A DNA stretch of 64,000 nucleotides from Candidatus Poribacteria bacterium (GCA_965214095.1 OZ243938.1:960001-1024000); one strand, 5' to 3'; counted from the first letter of the stretch, positions 32,507-42,353 are shown. A program made the numbers and translations. The notes: generated by a model from the letters alone, not told the origin.

Positions 32507-33511
32507 TTATTCAGTATACGCACTCTTCAATTCCGCCCAACGCACTGATTGCTTGCCTATAGGTGAGATAGGGAGTTTGCCGCCATTCCAATGCGGATGA
32601 TAACCTTCTGTCAAGAACGTTATCTCATCTGTGGCGAGATCATACTTGTATATCTTTATTTCAACAGGCCCGCGGTTATCTCTCTCATATTCATAGGCAC
32701 TGAAAAGCACAGCCTGCTGTCCATCCATCCAAGCAAGAGATGATGGATACCAATTTTCAGGTATTTTGAGTGTCCGCGTGTTGCCGTCATCTATGTTCTG
32801 AATGATAACGCGAAACGTTCCGTCAGCCCAAATACGAAGACCGAAACCGCCATCTTCCCTTTCAATTCTTTCTACATCAATATCCATTTCAGAATACAGC
32901 ATTTGCTTACCATCCGGTGACCACCGCGGTAAGAAACGATGTATCTCACCTTTATCAGGGTCGGGGTGTGTCCATTGACGCATGTTCTCTCCATTTGCAT
33001 CCACAACCCAGAGGTTCTTCTCAATAATATCGTGGTCGTCATTGATAAAGACAATCTGCGTTCCATCCGGGGACCAATCGCCGTGGTATCCATGGTGGTT
33101 AGGGAGTATCGTTTCAGAATTGCGTGTATCAATATCCAAAATGTTAATACCTACGTAGGCAGTGATGTAGAGCAGTTTTTTTCCATTGGGAGAAATCCTT
33201 ATTTCCCATATACTTCCTTTATGGTCCACGAGTTGTTTAGCATTGGTGCCATCGGCATTCATGATATAAATATCAAGATTACCGGAGCCGTCATTTGGTG
33301 TAATGTCCCGTAAAAAAGCAATGTGCCTACCGTTGGGTGACCATACTGGTCTGAATTCAGAGTATGGATTGTCGTTGATTTGTGTGATGCTTCTACCGTT
33401 GTCATTCATCACATAGATTTTAGAGTCAGCACTGAATACGATTTTTGCGTTGGTTGTTGCTGCACATAGTAGTATGAGACTGATACATAACGTCGTTTGT
33501 AGTATTCGCAT
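32507..33511 (-). CDS. Secreted TolB-like (PD40) beta-propeller protein
   Basis: Signal peptide; WSPNG/WSPDG repeats; IYIMNADG; tail ISPIGKQSVRWAELK. Confidence 0.85.
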   Translation of the reverse strand: MRILQTTLCISLILLCAATTNAKIVFSADSKIYVMNDNGRSITQINDNPYSEFRPVWSPNGRHIAFLRDITPNDGSGNLDIYIMNADGTNAKQLVDHKGSIWEIRISPNGKKLLYITAYVGINILDIDTRNSETILPNHHGYHGDWSPDGTQIVFINDDHDIIEKNLWVVDANGENMRQWTHPDPDKGEIHRFLPRWSPDGKQMLYSEMDIDVERIEREDGGFGLRIWADGTFRVIIQNIDDGNTRTLKIPENWYPSSLAWMDGQQAVLFSAYEYERDNRGPVEIKIYKYDLATDEITFLTEGYHPHWNGGKLPISPIGKQSVRWAELKSAYTE

Positions 33512-33544
33512 GGATTTCTCCTTCAGTTATTCTACTGATTAAAG

Positions 33545-33633
33545 AGCAATTTATGTGCCAATTGCAGTCTGCTGAATTGCTGTCGTGCTGCACAATTATG
33601 TGCATCAGGATTGTTGTTGCACATATCTGTGCA
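33545..33633 (-). promoter_or_regulatory. Sigma-54 -24/-12 promoter with two TGCAC-N6-GTGCA palindromes
   Basis: TGGCACATAAATTGCT at 33560-33545; palindromes at 33589-33604 and 33618-33633. Confidence 0.7.
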
Positions 33634-33654
33634 TGATTTGAATCGTGGGTTTTG

Positions 33655-33850
33655 GTTGTGAATCTCGGATTTTCACGGATTTCTGGGATGACGCGGAGAA
33701 TGTCCGAGGCGCGATGAATTGGACGACTACGAATGTGTATAATCGAGGTTGGAAATCGCTCCAACTAATAACGGACGGCACACGGAGTGTGCCTACTACT
33801 ATGTATTGCTTCTGCCATTGTAGGAGCGGTTATGGAAAATCCGAGTTGGA
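33655..33850. repeat. Mixed REP-like repeat cluster
   Basis: TCTCGGATTTTCACGGAT, GAGGCGCGATGAATTGGACGACTAC, ACGGCACACGGAGTGTGCCTACTAC, GTAGGAGCGGTT. Confidence 0.65.
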
Positions 33851-33883
33851 CACCTCAACAAATTGGGATATTCTGCAATTTAT

Positions 33884-33912
33884 TTGACGTAATGAGTTAA
33901 ATGAAATATAAT
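33884..33912 (+). promoter_or_regulatory. Sigma-70 promoter
   Basis: TTGACG-17-TATAAT. Confidence 0.6.
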
Positions 33913-34018
33913 TAACATATATACAATATTACTTTATAAAAATATATGTATGTCCTAATATTATCATGTTGAACAAATTATATTGATCAAAAATAAAAAG
34001 TCGCAAGAGGAGACCTAA

Positions 34019-35323
34019 TTGAAAACCAAAAATAGATACCAGAAAATACTCACATTAACCCTGTTCACTGTCCTGTTGATTTTCATGACACATACCACAA
34101 GTTACGCTTTTATAGATGATATTATTGATATCTTTGAAGAAGCCATTGAGGAAGGTGAAGATATTATTGATGAGGCAGAAGAGTTTTTTGATGATGTCGC
34201 AGATGAATTTGAAGATGCGATTGATGCGGTTGACGACTTTTTTGACGATGTTAAGGAAGGGTCATTTAAAATAACCACCGAAATAGAAAACTTCGCACTT
34301 AAACTACGGTCGACCGTAGAATGGGAGGGAGAAAAACTCAGAAATATAGCGACCGCTTCAGTTAATCCGAATTTTATCGGTGTCAACCTAACCAACCGTG
34401 TCAACTTGTGGGATCCGATTAAGGAATCTGTTTATCTCACATTTCGTCATGATGCGGCGATCAATAGTGTCGCTATGAGTGCGGATGGTGTGCTGGTGGC
34501 TCTTGGCAGTGCAGACAAGAAACTTCAAATCTTTAATACGAGGACGCGTCGACGTATTACAAATTTTATCGCGCAAAAGGGTAGTATCAAGAGTCTTGCA
34601 TTTAGTCCGGATGCTTCAATCATCGCTACTGCGGGTGCAGATAAAGTTATCAGATTGTGGGATACAAAGACATTTAGGCTATTAGATGTGTTTTCTGCCC
34701 ATACAGAAACAATAGATAGCATTGCGTACAACCACGATGGCACGATTATCGCCTCTGCTGCAGTGAAGACTCTCCGTTTATGGCAAACCGAAACGGGTGA
34801 TGTCATCAAAAAGATCAAAGAACATAAGGATGATATTACACAGGTGATATTTAGTCCTGATGGCACGATGTTTGCCAGCGCAAGTTTAGACGGTACTGTC
34901 CGTCTTTATGACACAGCAACCCACACCCTTCATTCTGTGGTGAACTATAAGTCCGGTGTAAATGCAATCAACTTTAGTCCTGATGGGACTATGTTAGCAA
35001 CTGCCACCAATGATGGTGTTGCGCGTTTGTGGGACATTGCCAACGAGAATGTTATTGCATCATTCGGTCATGAGTCGCCTGTTCAGACGGCTGTTTTTGC
35101 TCTTGATGGAAGTTTGCTTGTCACGGGTAGTATTGACAATACGATGCGTGTGTGGGAACTCATTGCCAATGTCGCAGATGTTAATCGTGACGGAACTGTT
35201 GACATCACTGATTTGGTGATTGTAGCATCCAATTTTGGAAAAAAGGGTGAGTCTATCGCTGATGTGAACTTTGATGATGTGGTAAATATCTTAGATCTTG
35301 TGATTGTGGCAAATGCATTTTAG
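34019..35323 (+). CDS. Secreted WD40 + dockerin protein with acidic N-terminal segment
   Basis: TTG start after GAGGAG; signal peptide; WD40 repeats; terminal DVNRDGTVDITDL / DVNFDDVVNILDL. Confidence 0.87.
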   Translation: MKTKNRYQKILTLTLFTVLLIFMTHTTSYAFIDDIIDIFEEAIEEGEDIIDEAEEFFDDVADEFEDAIDAVDDFFDDVKEGSFKITTEIENFALKLRSTVEWEGEKLRNIATASVNPNFIGVNLTNRVNLWDPIKESVYLTFRHDAAINSVAMSADGVLVALGSADKKLQIFNTRTRRRITNFIAQKGSIKSLAFSPDASIIATAGADKVIRLWDTKTFRLLDVFSAHTETIDSIAYNHDGTIIASAAVKTLRLWQTETGDVIKKIKEHKDDITQVIFSPDGTMFASASLDGTVRLYDTATHTLHSVVNYKSGVNAINFSPDGTMLATATNDGVARLWDIANENVIASFGHESPVQTAVFALDGSLLVTGSIDNTMRVWELIANVADVNRDGTVDITDLVIVASNFGKKGESIADVNFDDVVNILDLVIVANAF

Positions 35324-35695
35324 TTGATCCCCTGAATCTCGGATGACGCGGATGGCACGGAGAATGTGAGAGGCATCCGATAGAAACAACCAATTAGAAA
35401 TGGTATGATAAAATCCTGTTTTTTTTATATAAATATGATATAATAGGTCAACTATATTATGGTATTTATGGTAGTATATAGAATTATTCTAAATATTTTG
35501 TATTTTACGAGGCTGGGAAACCTCGCCTACCATAGGAAGAATGTGTTGGGTTTCGTTCCTCAACCTGACATAGTATAAATCGACGAGAATAGGAGGTTTC
35601 GCCTACCGAAGGAGGAAAGTGATTAGTCATTTGTATTTTTCACGTTAAATATCCCTGTTAAAATGATATATATATATGAAGATTAAGAAATAAAT

Positions 35696-35770
35696 CAGGT
35701 AATTTTCTTGAGAAGTCCGGAGCGGTTAGGAAACCGCTCCTACTGGGTTTGGGTAAATGCGAATTACCCG
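35696..35770. mobile_element. Small element with CAGGTAATT...AATTACCCG ends enclosing one REP
   Basis: Imperfect terminal inverted repeats around GGAGCGGTTAGGAAACCGCTCCTAC; single copy in the window. Confidence 0.5.
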
Positions 35771-35864
35771 TTTAATAAATTAATCTTCATTAATATATCA
35801 AAACAACAATAAAATAGATAGGTAGGGTTAACATATTATTAACCCGCTTGGATAGGAGGTATCC

Positions 35865-36902
35865 ATGCGTAAATTAAACACACTACGAACACTATTACTT
35901 ATAGTGTCAACAATAGTTGTCCTGTGTGCTTATGCACAGGCAGAACCGCGAAAAGTCATTGAAGTACCACGATGGTCAGCATATGACATCGCTATACACC
36001 CGGATGGTAAAGTGATTGCAAGTGCTTCAATAGCGGACGTTATCCACTTGATGGATATTGAATCTGGCGCAGAGATTAGAACGCTTATAGGTCATAATGA
36101 AGGCGTTGAATCCGTTAGATATAGTCCCAAAGGCGATATCCTTGTCAGTGGCGATCAAGGTGGCTTTAACATTGTCTGGAATACCAAGACAAATGAACAA
36201 ATTAAAAAGCTGGAAAGACATAGGTGGGTCATTAAGGATATCGTATTCTCACCGAATGGAAAAATCCTCGCCACAGGAGACTGGGGTTGGGATAATACAC
36301 TCCGTCTTTGGAATACGGAAACATGGGAACTTCTGTATGGGAAGGTAGCTGGGAAAGTCGATGATATCTCCTTTAGTTTTGACGGATCGATCATTGCCGC
36401 CGGTGTTTTGGAGTCAGGGTTCGTGTATATCTGGGAAACGGAAACCGGAGAGTTGCTCCATACACTTGATACCAGTATGGAACATGTGCTTGCCGTGACT
36501 TTCATTGGCACAGAACGGGAGCTGGTCTGTGGCGGTTCAGTCGGCTTACAGTTATGGGACGGTGAGACCGGTGAAAAGATCAGGGATTTCCCAAAAGATG
36601 GTATTAATAAAGAAGTTCGAGCTGTTGATATCAATCCAGATCGGCGGCTACTCGCTGTCGGTAGGGCAGATACGGATGTGCAACTCTGGGACATGAAATC
36701 TATGGAACTCATTGAGACACTTGAGTTTCATTTTGGTAGGTCGCATACCGTTGACTTCTCATCAGATGGGTCAACGCTTGCGACTGCTGCAAATGAAACA
36801 CGCATAGGTGTTTGGGATGTGGAACCTTTTAGCGAGCCCGTTTTGAGTGTCAATCCAAAAGATAAGGTTTCTGTTCTGTGGGGTGCCATCAAGAGTAGAT
36901 AG
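35865..36902 (+). CDS. Secreted WD40 protein (tandem copy 1)
   Basis: Signal peptide, WD40 repeats, tail VNPKDKVSVLWGAIKSR. Confidence 0.9.
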   Translation: MRKLNTLRTLLLIVSTIVVLCAYAQAEPRKVIEVPRWSAYDIAIHPDGKVIASASIADVIHLMDIESGAEIRTLIGHNEGVESVRYSPKGDILVSGDQGGFNIVWNTKTNEQIKKLERHRWVIKDIVFSPNGKILATGDWGWDNTLRLWNTETWELLYGKVAGKVDDISFSFDGSIIAAGVLESGFVYIWETETGELLHTLDTSMEHVLAVTFIGTERELVCGGSVGLQLWDGETGEKIRDFPKDGINKEVRAVDINPDRRLLAVGRADTDVQLWDMKSMELIETLEFHFGRSHTVDFSSDGSTLATAANETRIGVWDVEPFSEPVLSVNPKDKVSVLWGAIKSR

Positions 36903-37166
36903 AACTGTGTTTGTAGATGCGTTTTATCCTTGTTGGAGCGGTTTTCAACCACGATGGTTCAGAGATAACGGCACACGGCGTGTGCCTACTACTATGCACA
37001 TCGCGCTTTCTAAGCGCGCTCCTTGTTGGAGTGGTTTCCAACCACGATTGTCAGAACCAGGATTTTCAAGAGAAGTCCTCGCTAAAATGACATTTATAAT
37101 AAATCAGAACAATAATAAAATAGACAGGGTCAATATATTATTAACCCGCTTGGATAGGAGGTATCC

Positions 37167-38201
37167 ATGCGTAAATTAAACACACTACTAACACTATTAC
37201 TTATAGTGTTCACAATAGTCGTCCTGTGCACTTATGCACAGGCAGCACCACGAAAAGTCATTGTAGTGCCATTTTGGTCAGGATATGACATCAGTATTCA
37301 CCCGGATGGTAAAGTGATTTCAAGTGCTTCATTACAGAAGATTATCCACTTGATAGATATTGAGACTGGCGAAGAGATTAAAGTGCTTGAAGGCCATACT
37401 GAAGGCGTTGCATCCATTGGATATGGTCCCAATGGCGATATCCTTGTCAGTGGTGATCAAGCCGGCTTTAACATTATTTGGAATACCGAGACAAATGAAC
37501 AAGTTAATAATCTTGCAAAACATACGTGGGTCATTAAAGATATTGTATTCTCACCGAATGGGAAAATCCTCGCTACAGGAGACTGGGGTTGGGATAATAC
37601 ACTCCGTCTCTGGAATACGGAAACCTGGGAACTTCTGTATGGGAAGGTAGCTGGGAAAGTCGATGATATCTCCTTTAGTTTTGATGGCTCGGCCATAGCC
37701 GCTGGTGTTTTGGATACGGGGTTAGTGAATATCTGGGAAACGGAAACCGGCGATTTGCTCCATACACTTGATACCGGTATGGAACATGTGCTTGCTGTGA
37801 CTTTCATTGGCACAGAACGGAAGTTGGTCTGTGGCGGTTCGGTTGGCTTACAGTTATGGGACGGTGAGACCGGTGAAAAGATCAGCGATTTTCCAGAAGA
37901 AGGCATTACGGAAGTCCGGTCTGCTGATATCAATCCGGATCGGCGGCTACTCGCTGTCGGTAGGGCAGATGGAATGGTTCAACTCTGGGATATGAAATCT
38001 GTGACACTCATTGAGACGCTTGAGTTACATTTTGGCAGGTCGCATACTGTTACTTTCTCGAGAGATGGGTTAACACTTGCGACTGCTGCAAATGAGGTAC
38101 GCATAGGTGTTTGGGATGTGGAACCTTTTAGCGAGCCTGTTTTGAGTGTCAATCCAAAAGGTAAAGTTTCTGTCCTGTGGGGTGCCATCAAGAGTAGATA
38201 G
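37167..38201 (+). CDS. Secreted WD40 protein (tandem copy 2)
   Basis: Colinear paralogue of 35865-36902 including upstream leader; tail VNPKGKVSVLWGAIKSR. Confidence 0.9.
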   Translation: MRKLNTLLTLLLIVFTIVVLCTYAQAAPRKVIVVPFWSGYDISIHPDGKVISSASLQKIIHLIDIETGEEIKVLEGHTEGVASIGYGPNGDILVSGDQAGFNIIWNTETNEQVNNLAKHTWVIKDIVFSPNGKILATGDWGWDNTLRLWNTETWELLYGKVAGKVDDISFSFDGSAIAAGVLDTGLVNIWETETGDLLHTLDTGMEHVLAVTFIGTERKLVCGGSVGLQLWDGETGEKISDFPEEGITEVRSADINPDRRLLAVGRADGMVQLWDMKSVTLIETLELHFGRSHTVTFSRDGLTLATAANEVRIGVWDVEPFSEPVLSVNPKGKVSVLWGAIKSR

Positions 38202-38320
38202 CACAGCGTTTGCCTATTTCAGCATCTCGAATTTTCACGGATGACGCGGATATACATGGTAGTAGGCACACGCCGTGTGCCGTTCTTACATTCTCCGAGC
38301 CATCCGCGTAAATCCGAGAT

Positions 38321-38540
38321 CAAGGTTATTTATTTTCTGTTTTTCTTGTATTTTCTTTCACATACGCTAAATCCCCTAAGCCGGTAGGTTCGGTTTCCTA
38401 ACCGAACCGAATTTTCGCTAAAACCTTTCATAGTCAGTTTCCTTTTAGAATCCGTGCGGTTGGGAAACCGCACCTACCGTCTTGGGATTAACTTTCAGTG
38501 AATCCCTATTTTGGAAAATACTTAAAACTAAATAACCCTG
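38321..38540. mobile_element. MITE with ISAs1-like (CAGGG-type) ends enclosing an inverted REP pair
   Basis: CAAGGTTATTTATTTT...AAAACTAAATAACCCTG; related reverse-oriented copy at 62899-63145. Confidence 0.7.
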
Positions 38541-38550
38541 ATTATTGCCA

Positions 38551-38878
38551 CAGGGTTATTTATAGTAAAACTTACAATTAATGAAACATATTGTCCCAAT
38601 TGCATATTCATAGAATGTAAGAGGCGCAATGAATTGCGCGACTACGAAAGAGTTTTTCTAAATGTAAAATGCATCGTTAATTTCAGATTTTACTATAGTT
38701 TTCGGTTTTTCTGCTATATTTTTCACATTTCAATATAACAACCTGTAGGTCGGGTAGAGCGTTAGCGAAACCCGACAAGCATTTAACGTGTCGGGTTTCG
38801 CTAACGCTCTACCCGACCTACGATATAAACTCTTAGTAACATTCATCAATTGAAAATACTTAAAACTAAATCTCCCTG
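38551..38878. mobile_element. MITE with CAGGG...CCCTG ends and 10-bp target duplication, containing a different REP pair and a nested TATAGT...ACTATA element (38561-38697)
   Basis: ATTATTGCCA at 38541-50 and ATTATTGCTA at 38879-88; perfect inverted pair GTAGGTCGGGTAGAGCGTTAGCGAAACCCGAC. Confidence 0.75.
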
Positions 38879-38932
38879 ATTATTGCTAAGTTACTCTTGA
38901 CAATAATCAAATTCTGTGGTAAAAATATGTGT

Positions 38933-39946
38933 ATGAAAAACACATCAATCAAAACAATATACAGTTTATTTATAATAGTTCTATTACTTGCATGCCAAGG
39001 TTGTGCAATGAATTTCAACGCGAGTGATTCTGCCCTTGGCATATTAGAAAAATCTGGTGAACTCACTGAAAATGAAGTATGGGAAGGCCGTGTTTATGTA
39101 ACTGGGACGGTCATCGTACCAGAAGGTATAACATTAACCATACGTTCAGGTACTATCGTCGGTTTTGAACCAATAGATGAACGTCCAGCAATCATTGTGT
39201 TTGGTGAACTCTATGCAGAAGGTGTTCCCGACAGAATGATAGTGTTCGGTTCATTAGGCAAACAGCAAGAAATAAAGACACCTAAACCTGGATTGGAAAA
39301 CAGAACGTCAGTTCAGCCTGTGCAACCTGCAAACAATGCTGCTCCACCGAAAGCAGGAGATTGGCAAGGAATTAGGATTGAAACACAGAGTTCCAACAGC
39401 AGATTCACCTATTGTCGTATACAACATGCAGCCAACGGAATTGCATGTTTCACGGATTCAGTCCAAATTGAAAGGTGTCTCTTTAGCGAGAACAACATCG
39501 GTGTGCTGTGCGAAAATACTAATCCAACTATATCTGCAAATGAGTTCAACAGGAATGGAAGCGGTGCACAATTTCGAGGGGCAGCGGCTCCAGAAGTAGA
39601 ATACAACGCATTCACTGCAAACAGATTTGGAATTGTGTGTGAAGACGATTCACGTCCACGTATCCAACATAACAACATCCAATCAAACTATGAATACGCC
39701 ATCATTTGCTATTCTACTTCATCACCCGAAATCGTATCTAACAATATCACTTTAAACAATGGTTGGGCAGTTTACGATGGTGGGAGATTAAGAGATAATT
39801 ATATCAATGGAAATAAGCAGGTGGGCCCGAATGTGACTGAGTTGAGTATTGCCACGCAGAGTGACCAGTTTTATGGCGTTGATGAAGTGTTTGATCCGAG
39901 AGATACACCCGTTTCAGAAGCTGGCGTACCAAGTGATAGGTATTAA
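38933..39946 (+). CDS. Right-handed parallel beta-helix repeat protein, possibly lipoprotein
   Basis: GDWQGI motif; repeated P.I..N.F..N..GI.C units; hydrophobic leader with Cys; start uncertain. Confidence 0.75.
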   Translation: MKNTSIKTIYSLFIIVLLLACQGCAMNFNASDSALGILEKSGELTENEVWEGRVYVTGTVIVPEGITLTIRSGTIVGFEPIDERPAIIVFGELYAEGVPDRMIVFGSLGKQQEIKTPKPGLENRTSVQPVQPANNAAPPKAGDWQGIRIETQSSNSRFTYCRIQHAANGIACFTDSVQIERCLFSENNIGVLCENTNPTISANEFNRNGSGAQFRGAAAPEVEYNAFTANRFGIVCEDDSRPRIQHNNIQSNYEYAIICYSTSSPEIVSNNITLNNGWAVYDGGRLRDNYINGNKQVGPNVTELSIATQSDQFYGVDEVFDPRDTPVSEAGVPSDRY

Positions 39947-39950
39947 TCAA

Positions 39951-40877
39951 ATGAGCCGAGTCAAAGCCTATCTTGAACTCATCCGTTATCCACTATTCGG
40001 CATTCCTATAGTTGCCACACTTCCCGGTGCGCTCATTGCAAGTGAAGGACAATGGACATGGCGTGTTGCTGCTGCGTTAGTGATTGCGTCATTCGGGTAC
40101 TTCGCTGGAATGATAAAGAACGATTATTTCCACCGTGAAACAGACGCAGTAACCAATCCAGACCGTCCGCTACCTTCACACCGCCTAACGCCAAAACAAG
40201 CACTCGTGCCTGCAAGTATTATTTATTCGTTATGTGTCATCTGTGGGTTTTTGCTTGAGGTAAAAGCAGGACTCTTAGTGATGGGATTAGTCGCAATTTC
40301 GCACCTCTATAATGCCTTTTTCAAAGCAAAAGGTATCTTAGGAAGCATTACCTTACCTTTAGGTATTGGATTGCTGAACGTTTTCGGTGCGTTAGTTGTG
40401 AGTGGAAGTGTGCCGCGTTTAGTGTGGTATGCATTTGCTGCAACAACACTTTACGATATTGGCACACATATTGCGACCACGTTTAAGGATGTAACGCGCG
40501 ATAAACAACATGACATCATAACAACACCTATGCAGCTCGGCATACGTCCTGCGCTGTTTTTGTCAGCAGCAGCTACGATATTAGGATTTGTTGTTGCACT
40601 TCTACCGTATTGGTTAGAGGATTCACTTTCATATAAGACCTATGTTGTATGGGTCATTTTAGGGTTGCTTGCTGCTGTCATAACACGAATTCCACTCTAT
40701 ATGCAACCGACAGAGAAAAACGGGTACTTCGCATTGAAGGGTTCAATGATAGGTTCAATACTATTTTTTCCATGTTTAATCGGTGCACAGGTGTCGATTG
40801 TAATTTCTATGGCTATAATTTTGCCCTTGCTATTTGCAACTGTGCTCCTGTTAAGAATAACTCGCCAAGAGGTATGA
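39951..40877 (+). CDS. UbiA-family prenyltransferase
   Basis: YLELIR, NDYFHRETDAVTNPDRPLPS, FKDVTRD; multiple TM helices. Confidence 0.85.
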   Translation: MSRVKAYLELIRYPLFGIPIVATLPGALIASEGQWTWRVAAALVIASFGYFAGMIKNDYFHRETDAVTNPDRPLPSHRLTPKQALVPASIIYSLCVICGFLLEVKAGLLVMGLVAISHLYNAFFKAKGILGSITLPLGIGLLNVFGALVVSGSVPRLVWYAFAATTLYDIGTHIATTFKDVTRDKQHDIITTPMQLGIRPALFLSAAATILGFVVALLPYWLEDSLSYKTYVVWVILGLLAAVITRIPLYMQPTEKNGYFALKGSMIGSILFFPCLIGAQVSIVISMAIILPLLFATVLLLRITRQEV

Positions 40878-40904
40878 AATAGACTATGAAATAAAAGGAG
40901 ATAT

Positions 40905-42353
40905 ATGAAAAGCATCGTTTTACTAATTACAGATACATTTCGCTATGACAATCTCGGTGACCGTGCGGAAAAGCCTATCCGCACACCGATGCTTGATAGT
41001 TTTGAAGCGGAACGCGCAACTGCTATTGATAAGTTCTATATGAGCAGTTTCCCAACTATTCCGCATCGGACGGACGTTGCGACTGGCACACTCGGATGGC
41101 CTCACTATGGGTGGCAGCCGATTGATCAAAGCGGACCAAACCATATTGCGAAACTCCTCGCTAGTCAAGGATATGCAACGCAGCTAATTTGCGACTGTCC
41201 ACATCTATTCAATGCTCGTTTTCAGCAAGGATTTCAGGCTGCTTTCCAGCATCGCGGACAAGAAGGTGACAAACCATTGCTCCATCTCAATGATGAAATA
41301 CAGACTATCATGCCAGATGATAAAACGCGACCACAACCTGCTTTCCGCGGCAACACATTACCCAATACACACAGATGGACAAACCGATACTACCAATATG
41401 AAGCAGAGACATTTTCTGGAAGAACATCCCAATCTGCTATACGATTTTTAGAAGAAAACTATCGTTCCGGTCCGTTCTTTCTATGGGTAGATTTCTTTGA
41501 TCCTCACGAACCTTGGGATCCACCTGAATATATCGTTAAACGATATGATCCAGATTATACCGGTCCGCCGATGTTGCACCCGAATTATGGACGTTCATCA
41601 ATTTACACTGATGCGGAGCTGCACAATCTCTGGGCACATTATGCTGGAGAATCTGAACTGATTGATAGACATATCGGTCAGATTATTCAGAAAGTTGATG
41701 ATCTTGAACTATGGGATGATACCCTCGTCGTTGTAATGTCTGACCACGGTATGTCTATCGGAGAACATGCACGCACTGGAAAATCTAACATTGATTCAGA
41801 AGACCCACGGTATTGGCCAACATATCCTGAGATTAATCATGAAATGTTCCTAATCGCAGGCGGAGATGTACCACAAGGTCAAAAACTTGATATGATTGCA
41901 CAACCGATGGATATTTTACCTTCATTGTGTGATCTTGCAGGTGTCACACTTGATCCACCGAAACCTTTTGAAGGTCGTTCTTTTGGCGAGGCACTTCTCG
42001 CTGGAGATTCGCAGCATAGAGAGTATGCAGTAACAGGCACACACATCGGTTCACGAAACGGCAATATGCCACGTCGCGCGACTACACCATTTCTTGTGAC
42101 TGAACGTTGGGGATACGCACCAGTTGGTGAACTCGGTTTGCCTGAACTGTTTGATTTGTCAGTTGACCCTATCGCAACGAACAATCTTGCTGAGGATAAT
42201 GCTGCACTTGTTGCGGAACTGCATCAACTCTTTATAGCACATTTATTGGAACATAATGCACCTGAAAACTTCCTTGCACTTTGGCAAGAACCCCCTACCG
42301 GAGATGGCCGTGGAAAATGGGCGATTGATTATCCTGATGAAGAAAAGGAATAA
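40905..42353 (+). CDS. Sulfatase-like alkaline-phosphatase-superfamily hydrolase
   Basis: ITDTFRYD, PTIPHR, FFDPHEPW, MSDHG. Confidence 0.85.
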   Translation: MKSIVLLITDTFRYDNLGDRAEKPIRTPMLDSFEAERATAIDKFYMSSFPTIPHRTDVATGTLGWPHYGWQPIDQSGPNHIAKLLASQGYATQLICDCPHLFNARFQQGFQAAFQHRGQEGDKPLLHLNDEIQTIMPDDKTRPQPAFRGNTLPNTHRWTNRYYQYEAETFSGRTSQSAIRFLEENYRSGPFFLWVDFFDPHEPWDPPEYIVKRYDPDYTGPPMLHPNYGRSSIYTDAELHNLWAHYAGESELIDRHIGQIIQKVDDLELWDDTLVVVMSDHGMSIGEHARTGKSNIDSEDPRYWPTYPEINHEMFLIAGGDVPQGQKLDMIAQPMDILPSLCDLAGVTLDPPKPFEGRSFGEALLAGDSQHREYAVTGTHIGSRNGNMPRRATTPFLVTERWGYAPVGELGLPELFDLSVDPIATNNLAEDNAALVAELHQLFIAHLLEHNAPENFLALWQEPPTGDGRGKWAIDYPDEEKE

